From Podarcis cretensis (Eukaryota): a stretch of 64,000 bases of DNA. Both the position numbers and the translations under genes were made by a program. Shown here in pieces: positions 42,001 to 54,511 of the stretch; positions within the stretch are counted from its first letter, which is position 1, and each line of letters opens with the position of its first letter. The stretch spans positions 29,512,001 to 29,576,000 of the forward strand of contig OX638164.1 of assembly GCA_951804945.1 (NCBI GenBank). The letters run 5' to 3'. The notes beneath the pieces are model-generated. The model saw only the letters and a list, made by a program, of their open reading frames with translations. It was not told the DNA's origin and ran no database searches.

Positions 42001-45000
42001 ATGCCCCCCCCACCAGTAATTATTCTACGTGCTGATAGGACACCTGAAGAGGGCTTCTGACACAAGCATGGATAATACTCCCAGGGCAAAACAGGCTGAG
42101 CAAGCTTCAGAAGCAGACCCCAGTTCCCCTGTATCTTGGGGTTAGAACTAAGAATTTAAAGAACTACCTATAGTGAGATGAAAACGCGAGCAGGACTTGA
42201 AATATGAGCAACTGCGTTCATTATTAAGATAAATGGGTTAAAATGGATGTACAGTCATACCTTGGTTGCTGAACGCCTTGGAACTCGTACATTTTGGCTC
42301 CCGAACAATCAAAAACCAGAAGTGAGTATTTTCAGAAGCCGAACGTCCGGCGCGGTTTCCGACTGGCTGCAGGACCTTCCTGTAGCCAATCAGAAGCCAC
42401 ACTTTTGTTTCTGAACCTTTTGGAAGTTGAACAGAATTCAGGAATAGATTCCGTTCAACTTCCAAGCTATGACTGTATTGGATAGTATATGTGAAATATG
42501 CAGCATTCAAGGGTAAATGTGGAAACCATGGAAGGGGAGGATGAGAAGTCAATGGATAATATAATATACGGTCTATGTTAAAGGTTTTTGTCTGTTTGTT
42601 TTTTGTGAAAAATCAATAAACAATAATAATAAGGAAAAAGAACTAAGCAGCGGACAGTCCTGCCTTTTATTCTCCACGGCAACAAGTCACAGAGATCCTC
42701 TGCCCCACTTAATGTAAAAATCATGGCAAGCCCTTTTAAACTCGCTGCTGCAGCCTTGAGACCCCAAAACGTTTAACAACTAAGAAAGTGTTCGTAACAG
42801 GCCAAGTGAAAGACCCACAGGAGCAGGCAAGTTACCTACATTTACGCTAGTCTAATGCCTGTCTGCCATGTAGGAAAACAGATGTACAAAGCCCCAAACT
42901 GTGGACACTACTATCCCCAGTGCAAAAAAAGGGAGAATGTAGAGAAACACGGTCTTCACACACACCCCTCCCGAGCCAAAGCGCCTCTCAGGTTTCTCCA
43001 GCATCCAGATGCACTCCAATAAGTCAGATTTAAAAGCTGGAAGTGAAGCTCAGCATCAGGCAGGCAGTTTGGCCTCACCTTGATATCCTCCAGCTGGATC
43101 TTGAGGTACCACTCGTGGTGCGCATGCTTCTCAGCCAGGTACACGGCGTGGGAGTAGCAGCCTGCCTGACGCAGAACCTTGATGGCTGTCTCCACATCAA
43201 AGTGCACCTCACTTTCACTGGTCTGTGTGGGGGAGACAAAGCAAAGAAGGCATTCAGAAGGGGCATGTCTACTGAGAAAGAGGAATGCCTCTGTATCTCT
43301 CCCATGAAAGCGTAATATATTATGGCTGGAGCCAGAAGCAGCAGGTTGCCCCTGAGACAAAGAGAAAGCCTCTGCTTCTTCCTTCCTATGAGGTTAAAAA
43401 AAAATAAGCTTCTCTTCCTGCAAAGGGAAGACTTCTGATCCTTCTCAACTCCAGGACTGGAGGAAAGCACCCACCCAACCTCAAGCAGCCAAATGAAAGG
43501 TCCTTCAATTACCTGGAAGGCTCTCTCAATCTCTGCACTGGGAATGTGGAGCAAGCAGGCACCAAAAGCTGGAGGATGGCTGCTCAAGCACACGAGCCCA
43601 TTGAGGCATAATGGGGAAGGAGGAGCCAGCGCTCCAGGGCATCCACACCCTTCCCTGTTGTACCTTGATGAACTCCTCAAGCTTGGATATGTCTTTCAGC
43701 TTGGTGTAGCAATTCAGCAGCAGTGTCGTGTGGTCTGCGTTGGCCAATGACTGCAGGTGGAGCGTCTGCAAGTACGCAGTCAGGTTGTGTATCCTCTGAG
43801 CATCCAAGAACTTGCGGATGACGTAGGATGGCTCTAGTTTCCCAATGGTACTAGGGAGAAAGAGGACCTTATGAGGACCCTATTCCAGGTAGTCAAAAGA
43901 GAGAGGATGGGAATGTGTCACATAACCCCAACCTCACAGCTGGTTCTACAGAGGATCAGAAGGTACAGCCACAATTTCCAACCCAAGTAGGGCACAGGGA
44001 GAGGAGGTTGCTTGGAGTGCCAAATTAATTGGGGAGAGTGGAAATCAAGTGGGTGGAAATCAAAACTTGCAATTCTCACAATTTGGGGCTGGAAACATAT
44101 CTTGGTCTGCCCCTCATATTGCCAAAGGTAGTGCAATCTGCTGATAAGCACCTCACAATCTGAAAAGCCAGGAGCAACCACAGATAGATAGGCATTCCCT
44201 GTATACTATCTCAGTAAATAAATCCCAGTCCACTAGGATCCAGAGAGCCAAACTCCATTTGGACGTGTCAGAGCTCACCAGGGCTCTGTGTGTTTGCAAA
44301 CCACGCTTGGGTGGATTTAGTTCCCATCTCATGATGGTTTCCCTGGTGAAGCAATTCAGAAAGGAAGCCAGCAAGAAGGTGGCAGGTCGGTCAGATTAAA
44401 AATCCAGATTTGTGGCACCCAGATGCTTAGATAGCAAGGCCTCTGGTCTTTCTTCTCACCCCAACATGGCTGTAATGAAGAGGGAGGGCCAAAACTCCCC
44501 TGTCCCGCCTACCGAATATATTGCTGAATGGCGCCATCGTGGTTTCCCTTGTTATACAGATGGTCTCCGTACTGGCGAAAGATCTCAGACAAGCCGTCAC
44601 TATCCAGGTGGTGGCTCCTGGCCAGGTGAATGGCCATTTCAAAGAGGTTCTTCCTGAAGAGCATCTGTTGGAAGGGAAGTGGTTGCTTGCTTACAAACAT
44701 TGATGGCAGCAACAGGGTTTTAAGGGTTATATTGACTATTCATAACTATTGTTCCATAGGGAGCTGCTTAATTACTGGGGTCCTCAAGTATGGAATGCAT
44801 ACTGATGTATTGTTTTGTGAATGAATAACAACATGCATTTGCAGCTTTCGTAACTGTAAGAGGAGAAACAAGGGGCTCTAGGCCACAGCTGTTCCCTCCC
44901 TCTGTGCCACGTGGCACAGATGCTAGTTCAGAGACACTTCCAGCCCCTTACTCAGGCTCCCTTCGGAGCAACAGCAGACCACACCAACCTCGCACAAACT

Positions 45001-48000
45001 GTAGCCCTCCAAATGGCTGGGGCTACGGCTCCCCATCAGCCCCAGGCAGCACAGGTGTATGATGCTGGGACTGATGGTATTTGCAGTCCAAACAGCCTGG
45101 TGTAGGGCAACATCTGGGCTTTGAGCTGCAGGCAGATGTGAATAAGCTTTGCACCTCAGAACCCCACTAACCACAGAGGAGGAAGAAGCAACCAAGGTCC
45201 CTTGCCTCAAGCTTGGTTTGCGTGTCCTTCTCCTGCAGTGCATGGAGCTTCCCATCTCTGGTCAGCACATAGAGGCACCCCCACTCGGCCAGGACATCCA
45301 CTACGTCGTCAAAGACAGAGCTGTATGCAATGAACTTGTTGCCCAAGTCATAAATATTCAGGATCTGCTTGTCGGAGTTTTGTGGATCACTCCCAGCAAA
45401 TTCCGATCTGGAGTACAGAGGAGCAAAGAGTGAGGGACAGCCTCAGAGATAGTCTTTTAACTTTCACTCACAGGTCAGGAGTTCCCTTTTGTGCACTGGA
45501 TGAAAGAATGGTCCACACTCACAAGCCTCAGAGAGTCTCAAACTGCTTACTTAACATTTCCAGGCAAATGTTAAAGTCAGCTGGCAGAGCCCTCTGTGAG
45601 TCCCTGATGAATCTAAAAAACTAATGACCAAGCTTTTGCATTCCAATGCATAAACCGCATCTGCCTCCTATTTCTCCTCCACGATATGTACGTCAACCTA
45701 ACTATTTCTGAGCCTTGGATAGCACAACATATTGCCTTGCTGCAAAGTAGGGTTTCCCTACCCAACCCAAACCCCCGCACTCAGCCATTTGGACCTTCCA
45801 GCCTTTCATGACAGTCATCACATTCTCAAGATTACTTGTACATATCCCACTCAGCATATTCAGAAAATCCGAAATCTGATAGGAAGCTGGAAAGGAAAGC
45901 CAGATTTAACACTGCCTGCAAATAGGGATTGGAAGGCCAAAAAGAAATCCCATGCAACACACAATGGCTTTCTACTGCTCTCTCCTACAGAAGAGTACCT
46001 AACCAGAAGCAATAAATAATTTCACAGCAACCACCTTTATCCAGATCCCACACCCCGAGTTTTTAAGAGGTCAAAGGAAAACAATTCAACAAGTTATTCT
46101 GTCTTGCAGCTCTGTCTTACTTTGGAGAAGGCTTCCGTTCCTTGGAAACAATGACAAGGTAGCCCCGATACCAGTGGGCTATCAGCTTCTGGCCTTCGAA
46201 GGCAAAGCAGGGCCCACGCTCATCTGGCTGGTACAGATATACACATTCATCTCCTGCCACAATGAATTGGAGGTCCTGGGAGGGATCGCTGAGTGTGGAG
46301 CAGCGCAGCCCACAGCCACGTGTGTCCAATTCTAGCTTCGGATAATCCTTCACTGAAAGCGTGTAACACTGCAAAGTCCACAAGGAGGAGGACACAATGA
46401 AGCTTGGAAAGCCACAAGAACAGCTCAGAAACTGGGGCGAGGCAGGGCATGACACACACACACACCCCCGAGTGGTCAACCAAACATCTTACCTGGATGT
46501 TCTCTGTGGTGGCAACAAACAGATGTGTTGTTTTGCCAGACTGACGGAAGGCAAGGCCTGTAATTGGGTAACTGCCTTCATGAAGGATCTGACTTTTGCT
46601 GTGCCGATCTCTGGTGATGTCCCCTTTAGTGAGCACAACGCTCCCATCTGTAAAGCCTACAGCAGAAATGGGAAAGGGTGAATGCTGCATTCCATGAGAC
46701 ACCCTGGGAAAAAGCAGGCGTTCTCTGCCATTGGAAGACATCAGGTTAAGTCCACCAAATGGAAAGCTAAATTAGATTAATATGAAAAGACGGAGGAGTA
46801 CTCTCCCCAAAACAAAGTAGATCAATTTCTGCAAGATCAATTTCTGCTTTATGATTTTATGTCTGTAACTCACAGCAGCAATTTCATTTCCACTTACCAA
46901 TGGCCATGAAGTTGAGATTCTCATGGACTGTGAGACAGGACACAACTGTAGGCTTGTTGCCTGGTATTGCAGGGAAAATCCTGGTGCACAGAGGATTCCC
47001 ACCGTCACGCTTCTCTAGATTCCAGACTTTGACCTACAAGTTATTATAGGGGGCTTGTTGAGGAAAACCACCACAAATTGGACTAATTCCCTTTTTATCT
47101 AAAAGTAAATGCTACTGTGCATATAAGATGCACATTTCCCCCTTTCTCCAGTCAAACTCTGGGACCAGGAGTGCAGACATAGCTGCTGTAGAAAGAAAGG
47201 AGCCACATTTACTCTCCTAGCAGAAAGTCACTGCAGGGCAAATAGGCAGAAGGAGCAAGGTACCCTTCTCTTGATCAGTGGTACCTCTGGTTGCGAACGA
47301 GATCCGTTCCGGAGGCCCGTTCGCAACATGAAAAGAGCGTAACCCGCAGCGGCGCATCTGCTCACAGTGGGTTGCGATTTGCCGCTTCTGCGCATGTGCG
47401 AGCGGCGAAACCCGGAAGTAACGCTTTCCGGTACTTCCGGGTTGCCGCAGGAAGTAACCTGAAAGAACGTAACATGAAGCGGACGTAACATGAGGTATGA
47501 CTGTATGCGCAAGTCAGAAAAATACAAAAAAGCCAAAATTCCTGAACACCTGAGTTAAAGTCTTAGGTGACAAATAAATATTTAAAATTCCTAGATTCCA
47601 GCAGCAACGTTTTGAAGAACTGGTGGCCCACACTTATCTCAGCCTTGTCATCACAGAAGACTCCTCCTTCCCTACAACTAATCTCACAAATGCTTTCTAT
47701 CAAACAGAAAAACAAGCCCGGCTTCCCTCAAACCAACTTACCAAAGGGTTAATACCTTCTTCATCCTCCCCAACTGAAGCCAAGATGCTGTGCTGCTTCA
47801 ACTGGTAGAGGTGTGTCACTCTCAGCTTATAAGCTTGGAAGCTGCTGAGCTCAAGGTTGCGGAGCAGGAACCATATCTGCCCTTCCATATGTAAGTCTGA
47901 GTTAAGGAATCCTCCCCATAAGAGAGCAGAAGGCACGAAAGGCTCAGTGGTTCGCTTCTAAAATCTTTTATCACATTACATTTATATCCCATCTTTCTTC

Positions 48001-48700
48001 CATGATGGAACTCAAATTGTTTCCGCAGCTGCCTCCCACCCAGACACTGAACAAGACCTGCATATCGGAGCTGGGTCAAAGGTTGGTGGTGAAGCACCTG
48101 CTTTGCATATAAAGGATTCTAGATTCAATCCCTAGAACCTCCAAGTAGGTAAAGGCTTCTACTTTCTGTCTGTTGGTCATCATAGACTCTGAGTGCCTAC
48201 CTAACCTGTGTTTGCCCAGATGTTGCTGGACTTTTAACTGCCGTCAGTTTGGGCAATGGCCATGGTCCGCAGCAAGGATGACAACTCAGTCACCACGATG
48301 CAGGCAACACTGAACTGGCTGAGCCAATGCTTTCATCAGGCATGGCCTTATGTTCTTAACATGAATAAACCCACGGGGCGGAGAGGAGGAATGCCTTCAG
48401 ACTTTGGCAGAAGGCGAGCCATGGGCGCAGCTTACCCAAAACTCATGTCCGCTTACCGAGACAAAAGCCCTGCCCAGGCAAGCTGGTTGAGGGGAAAAGA
48501 GCACTCCACACACGCTCAGAGGCACCCTGCCCGCCCCCCGCGACACCACTAACAGCAAGGATATCCCCGAAAACGAGACTGCCCCGGCCCGAGTCGCAGA
48601 CCGTGATGCCCGGCGGCAACAGCACGGGCTTCCCATCAGGCTCCGTCAGGACATCGCGGTCGAAGAAGCCGAAGCGGCGCCACTGCAGGTAGGCCGCCAT
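36052..48700 (-). CDS. VPS11: Vacuolar protein sorting 11 (CORVET/HOPS core subunit, C-terminal RING-H2), 16 exons, 923 aa
   Basis: Exons (minus strand) 48565-48700, 47742-47890, 46898-47033, 46493-46656, 46121-46368, 45206-45407, 44513-44664, 43664-43850, 43079-43222, 41332-41520, 40378-40539, 38925-39064, 38474-38676, 37180-37351, 36600-36822, 36052-36216; total 2772 nt. Starts [40 protein letters not shown]...CPTC; C-terminal region DSFSVVADYFGRGVF. Intron 1 is AT-AC and intron 6 is GC-AG. Confidence 0.96.
37632..38168 (+). mobile_element. Solo LTR, 537 bp, in VPS11 intron 13, antisense to VPS11
   Basis: TGTG...CACA termini, TATAAAA near 37719, AATAAA near 38018, G-rich U3-like repeats. 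Flanked by a 96-bp direct repeat. Confidence 0.7.
39620..39984 (+). mobile_element. Sauria SINE, full length, young copy, in VPS11 intron 11
   Basis: tRNA-like head with A box TGGCGCTGTGG and B box GGTTCGAATCC; (ACCTTT)3 tail. Confidence 0.92.
41018..41136 (+). mobile_element. tRNA(Lys)-like head SINE with CR1-like tail
   Basis: TCAGTCGGTAGAGCATGAGGCTCTTAATCTCAGGGTTGCGGGTTTGAACCCC followed by GGTCCCTTCCAACTCTAC. Confidence 0.72.
42252..42475. mobile_element. Tigger-like MITE
   Basis: TA-CAGTCATACCTTGG ... CCAAGCTATGACTG-TA. Confidence 0.82.
44665..45205 (-). other. GC-AG intron, VPS11 intron 6
   Basis: Exon ends ...AAGCTTGAG|GCAAGG. This junction gives the expected KLE-MLF peptide and keeps the frame. 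Confidence 0.85.
47276..47503. mobile_element. Tigger-like MITE, CpG-rich
   Basis: CAGTGGTACCTCTGGTTGCG ... CGTAACATGAGGTATGACTG-TA. Confidence 0.78.
47891..48564 (-). other. U12-type (minor spliceosome) AT-AC intron, VPS11 intron 1
   Basis: 5' site G|ATATCCTTGC, branch point TTCCTTAAC about 10 nt before the terminal AC, then |ATATGGAAG. Splicing restores FG-D-MEGQIW. Confidence 0.93.
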
Positions 48701-49160
48701 CTTGACAGGTAGGCCCAACTCCGGAGGAGAGTCATGTGACCATGCCGCTTCCGCGTTGCTTCTCCTCTTAGCGCTGAGGCTGCTGGGATTTGTAGTTCGC
48801 CGGGTCTCTAAACCCCCGCCCTAGTGCGCAAGCGCAGGGGAGACCCGCAGCCCTTGCGCCGCTGCCCCCTTGTTTCCACGCGGCGGTATTGCAGGCATCC
48901 CCGCTGAGCCGGCAGGCGGGTGACTGTGACTGACTGGCGGGCCGGCACAGATCAGAGAGGTGCTGGGGTGGCCAAAGGAGAGCGCGCAGTCTGCACGTGC
49001 TCAGGAGCTCTCCGGCCAGGCCCGTCGCTGCCACCGCCACGCTAGGAAGCCCCGCCCCTTGGCCAATGACCGCGGCCGCTGCGCCCGGCGCCGGAGACGT
49101 GGCCCAATGGGGAGCGCGCGAGGGGAGCCGCCGGGCCAATGAGCTCGCGCCGCGTCCGGC
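48701..49160. promoter_or_regulatory. Shared head-to-head VPS11/HYOU1 CpG-island promoter
   Basis: CLEAR/M-box GTCATGTGAC 48731-48740; ZNF143-type AACTACAAATCCCAG (minus) 48783-48797; NRF1-like TGCGCAAGCGCA 48825-48836; ERSE-II ATTGG-G-CCACG (minus) 49098-49108; ERSE-like CCAAT-N9-CCGCG 49136-49154. Confidence 0.75.
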
Positions 49161-49532
49161 TCCGGGGAGGGAAGGAGGGCGGAGCGCAGGTTTCGCAAGG
49201 CAGGGAGTCCGGGAGACCGGCCGGCCGAGGGGAGAGAGAGAGAGGGGCAGCCGGAGCGGGAGGGAGAGAGTCCGCGGAGTCCGAGCCGAGAGCGAGCGGG
49301 CGGGCAGGGAGCCCCCGGAGGGAGCGGTTGGCGTGCCGGGCCGAGGACAGCGGCGTCCCCCTTAGAGGCGACCGGGGGTCGGCCTCTTCCGCGTGGGGGT
49401 GGGGGAACCTCTGGGTCTCCAGGTGAACCTTGGCGCCGGGCCTCGCCGCCGTTCCGGCTCTGTCGGAGGAAAGTGCCCTCGCCGCCTCGCCTTTGTTTCC
49501 ACATCGGGGTTTGGCGGCCCTCGATCGTCAGG

Positions 49533-52500
49533 ATGGCTCCAGCACGCGTGTGGCCGCTGCTGCCCCTCCTCCTGCTGGCTTCCCTGCCTGCGCACTTGGG
49601 TAGGTGCCTCTCCCGCCCCCATGGAAGGACCTGGGAAAGATCTTGGTGGTTTTGCAAGTTGCCGAAGAATCTGGCTTGCTAAGCGGAGTTGGGCAGGAGC
49701 GAGCCCTTTCATCGCATGGTTTGATCCGGCTCCTCTCAGAATCATAGAATGGTGGAGTTGGAAGGAAGCAGTAAGATCATCTAGTCCAGGGTTTCCCAAA
49801 CTTGGATCTCCAGCTGATCTTGGACTTCCAACTCCCATCATCCCTATCCTTTAGGACCAGTGGTCAGGGATGGTGGGAATTGTAGTCCAGAGACAGCTGG
49901 AGACCCAAATTTGGGGAACCCTGATCAAGCCCAACCTCTGCAGGAATCTCTTGCCCAACAAGGGGCTCGAACCCACAACCCTGAAATTATGAGTCTCATG
50001 TTCTCCCGACTGAGTTATTCACCTAGTGGTGTCTGAAAAGCTAACGTGTCTCCTGTAGGTGGGCGGGATGAAACTGACCAGCAGGAAGGGCAGAGTGATC
50101 CTTGGACACTTCTGTGCACACCTTGTGGGACCTGATGAAGACAACTTTTCTAAAGGATGCTGCTGATACTGCACTACATTTAATTATTTATTTATTTGGT
50201 GGTGGCATGTTTCATTTGCCACCTCCTGTAGAAAATGTGTGTCAGCATTTAAGCCTTGCAAAATGTGTTGCATAAAGAGGGACCAGCTGTACATTCTTTC
50301 ATATCTTTTTTTTACCAGTTTAGTTCTTGAAAAGAGGCACTTTGAGTGATGTAAATGATAGCCCATTTTAGGTTCAGAGACCATATTAGGAGAGGTGTTG
50401 ATTATGGCAGGTATTGCTATAATTGCAGGGAGCTTTTTTGGGCCCTGGATATTACATTTATTGTTATTGATATGGGGTCCATTGGCAAGAATAAAGCTCC
50501 TTGTTTTTGTAGGCATCCAGCAGAGGTTGTTTTTTTATTCAGACCTATGCCATAACTTGTGTTTACCAAAACTAACTTTAAAGTAAATAGAGAGCCATTT
50601 TTGCAAAATAAAATTGAGAATGTTATAACCCTTTTTTCCTGGATTTTGACTCCAGATATTTATCTGCCATTTGTAACCTCTAGGCTAGGCTACTAAGTAT
50701 TTGGCATGGGGGGCACTATCCTTAGAGATTCCATACGTATCAGCTGGTACAGAATGGGGCAGGCTGTTGAGTTGTCAGGAACATGCTAGCGACTTATGTG
50801 CCATTGTCTGCACCTCCAGGTAGCCTTCTATTGCAGGATTCACAATTCAGCCTGGATGGCCTTTGATCCTGTGTTTGAGTGGTTTGGGCCCAATGTGTCT
50901 TAGAGGCCAGGTGCCCTTTAAACCAGTTCAGGGCCTCCCTTGGCTATGCTGTCAGTGCCGCATGTCCATAAGGCACATATTGACTGCCTTGAAGTCTGTT
51001 TGGAAACCGCCATTCATACTGCTAGATAGCTGTGTTGGACTGGGCATTATTTATTGTATTACACCTCTGTGATACCAACCACAGTGGCTCGCAGTCCATT
51101 TTCAGGTCCAGTTCAAGTGCTGTTTTTCACCTTCAAAACCCTTCATGTCTTAAGGGCTGGCCTATTTAAAGGACTGAGTGCTTTCATAGGACTAATTAAT
51201 TCCATAAATTGATATATTCATTGGAGGGTCTCTTGTAGGTGCCCCCATATCTGTGGTGAAGCAAGTAGCTACCAGAGAGAAGGCCTTCTGGGTGGGTCTC
51301 TGGAATCTAGTTTATTTTTCTTTTAGTAACAGGAAAGATGCCTCCTAATTTCCATGTAGACATAGTTTTAATTCTACTGGTTGCTCTTACTACTTTGTAG
51401 CTTTTAGCTTTATAATTTTATTTACATTTTGATTGTGTGTTTGTTTTTTGTATTTACTTCCTATAAACCTCCCTAGGAATATGGTTGAAGGATGCTTAAA
51501 AATTCTTAGCGATAAAGAGATATTTTGAGATGTTTCCCTACAAATGAGATGCTCTGGATGATACAGTACTGTGAAACTTTCTTCTGGTGGAGTCCTCCGG
51601 GTGTGCTGTAATGCATCTGTGTTTAGACTGGCTTTTTGTTTCTTATCAGTTCAGCTAAGCATTAGAAATTAGAAGGAGGCTGGAGGGTATTGTCTGAGGT
51701 TCTTACTGGAAGAAAGTACATTTGACACAATACTTTTGTTCTACAGATTCATTGGCTGTGATGTCAGTGGACATGGGTAGTGAATCTATGAAGATCGCCA
51801 TTGTGAAGCCTGGGGTGCCAATGGAAATTGTCTTAAACAAGTGAGTGGGCTAAATATGTGCTGCAATGAATGTGACGGTGAAAACAACTGTTTTGGAGGG
51901 CTTGACACATCATAGAATTGTAAAGGTGCCCCAAGGTTCAACCAGTCCAACCACTTACAGTGCAGGAATAAATCCATGTCTTAGTGGTGCAGTTCCTGTT
52001 ACTAAAAGAAAATATGGGGCAGCTTCCCATAGGTGTAACTTTCTTTTGCCCTTACTTATTGTTCCCTAATCTCAGATGTGGTTATTTAGAAGAGACTCCA
52101 ATGTGTTTCTCTTCACTTGTTCCAGTGCTGAATCCTGGCATTGAAAACCAGTTCTGCATTTCTCCAAGGAACCCAGCAGTTAGACCCCATGAATTTCTGG
52201 GGCAGAGCCATTGTGCAGTGACAGGGCACCTGCTTTGTTTGTAGCAGTTGCGTATTGAATCCCAGGCATCTCCTTAAATTTATTAGTTACCAGACGACAG
52301 GAACAGTGTGCCTCGGTCTGAGGCCCTGGAGAACCACTGCAGACCTGAGTCAGAAATATTGCTTCAGCTGGATGAATAAATAGCCTAGCCTGGTTATTAG
52401 ACAACTTCCTATCTCCCCAGGAAACAGTTCTAGTTTAATTTTTCTTGTTGTTCTAGGGAATCTCGGAGAAAAACACCAGTGGCTGTAACTCTAAAGGAGA

Positions 52501-54480
52501 ATGAGCGCCTCTTTGGTGACAATGCCGTGGGAATGGTAAGTCCCTTAGATGTCCACTCACACATCCCCTCTGCTTTTTCTATACCAAGAGTATTTATTTG
52601 CATACACAGCTTGTTCTTCTGGGGTCCTGTCTCTGCTGCACCTTCCTATTTACATTTTCAGCTTCAATAACATGTTCCTCCCCACTGAGATTTGTTGAAG
52701 AGACAGTGCTACAGGTCCTCTTTGGCAGTTTAGCTCAGGTTCCAGAGAAGGACTTTTCCAGTGCTGGCATGCGGTGACTTTTTTGGTTTTGGAAACAGAG
52801 GATCCTAAATGCCACTTTGGGTATTTTCAGTAGTTCAGTTGTTCAGGGTTTTGGCGTGTATGCCTTTTAAAAAGAAATTTATGGGGGATAGGTGAACATT
52901 CCAGAGGAATCAGCATGGTTGTGTGTTTTTCCTGTTTTTTTAATAGGGCATCAAGAACCCAAAAGTGGCTTTCCGGTATTTCCAGGATCTCCTGGGCAAG
53001 CGCATTGATAACCCACAAGTGACCATGTACCAGTCACGGTTCCCAGAACATGAGCTGGTGAAAGATGCAAGGAGGGAGACAGTCAGTTTCAAGCTGTCAG
53101 AGTACGTTTCCACTTTGAGGTTTGCCACGTGGCACTGCTGAGCAAGAAAGGCTGTGGCATCTCTCTGCAAGCCACTTTGGGAGTACTGCTGCATAGATTT
53201 GGTTGGCCAAATGCCATGGTCAGCTTGTATTTGGTATGTGCCCTGATAATGGGCAAGTGGTTTGTGGAAGTGATGAGGCCCACCCATGCTCAAAAGATGC
53301 ATTTCACAGCTGGGATCAGGAATTTAGAATTTATCATTCTTGTTCTTCCTTGCAGCAAATTGCACTATACTCCAGAAGAGATCCTGGGCATGGTGCTCAA
53401 CTATTCTCGGGCACTGGCAGAGGAATTTGCAGGTTAGAAATGACTCTTGAGTGTTTGAGGCACAAGAGTTGTCTTTCCTTCTTGGGTCAGCAAGCATATG
53501 AATAAAAATGAAGAAGCACCTGAACCAGGAGCTCACATCATACCTTTTCCTTATCTTACAGAACAGCCTGTTAAGGATGCTGTGATCACTGTCCCTGCCT
53601 ACTTCAACCAGGCAGAGAGGAGAGCGGTCCTGCATGCAGCAAAAATGGCAGATCTCAAGGTTTTGCAGCTCATCAACGATAACACAGCTGTGGCTTTGAA
53701 CTATGGGGTGTTCCGAAGGAAGGACATCAATGCTACAGCCCAGGTGCTTGTAATTGGAGGGTGTGTGTGGCTCGGGAGGGGGGAGGTTTTTACCCAGGGC
53801 TCAAGCTCATTGTGCCTCTGTAACCTTACCTAGAAAACACAGGGAATTTGGGCAGGGCAGTCTTCTTGGTCAGTGAGAGTTGCCTGTTTTTTATGTACAG
53901 ATTCTGCATTCCCCTAATTCCAGCTAGCCACATACACAAGCGAGCAGGGCCCACTCACCTGTCAGTCATCTGATATTACTATGAAATCTAGTGACCAACT
54001 TATCCTTTGTAGCAAGGCAAGCTGTGTTACCAAAGCCAAGCCAAGTTTCAAGTTAGTACCTACTGGCCAATAGGCAGTGACTCCAAACCTGCTTTCTGCA
54101 GGGATTGGCTCTGTGGCTTGAGTTTCCTCTGGAGAACTTGGTTGCACATCTGAACCACTGGGCTTGGAGTCACCAAGACCATAGGTCGAGACTTGAGGCC
54201 TCTTAAAGATTTGTCTGTCAGTTGATTGCTGTGGACAGGAAGCCTCCCTTGCCAATGCACAATCTGGAGCATTCTTCAGGACTCCCAGTATAGCATCTTG
54301 TCAGCTGCATCTTTACCTGTCTCCCACCTGACATCACACATGATATCTGGTGTGGGGCTGGTGGGCATACTTGGCAGAAAACAGCCTCATGGGCCAAATT
54401 TGGACCCATGTTAGGTCTAATTAGGTCTGCAGGCTGGAGGGCTGACCCACCTCTGGACCAGATGAACAAACAGTCTGACG

Positions 54481-54511
<31 letters not shown>

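Noticed and set aside
48768-49854. Multiple ORFs of 120-218 aa in the VPS11/HYOU1 CpG island
   Set aside because: GC-rich promoter artefacts. Only the signal-peptide exon 49533-49599 fits a gene model.
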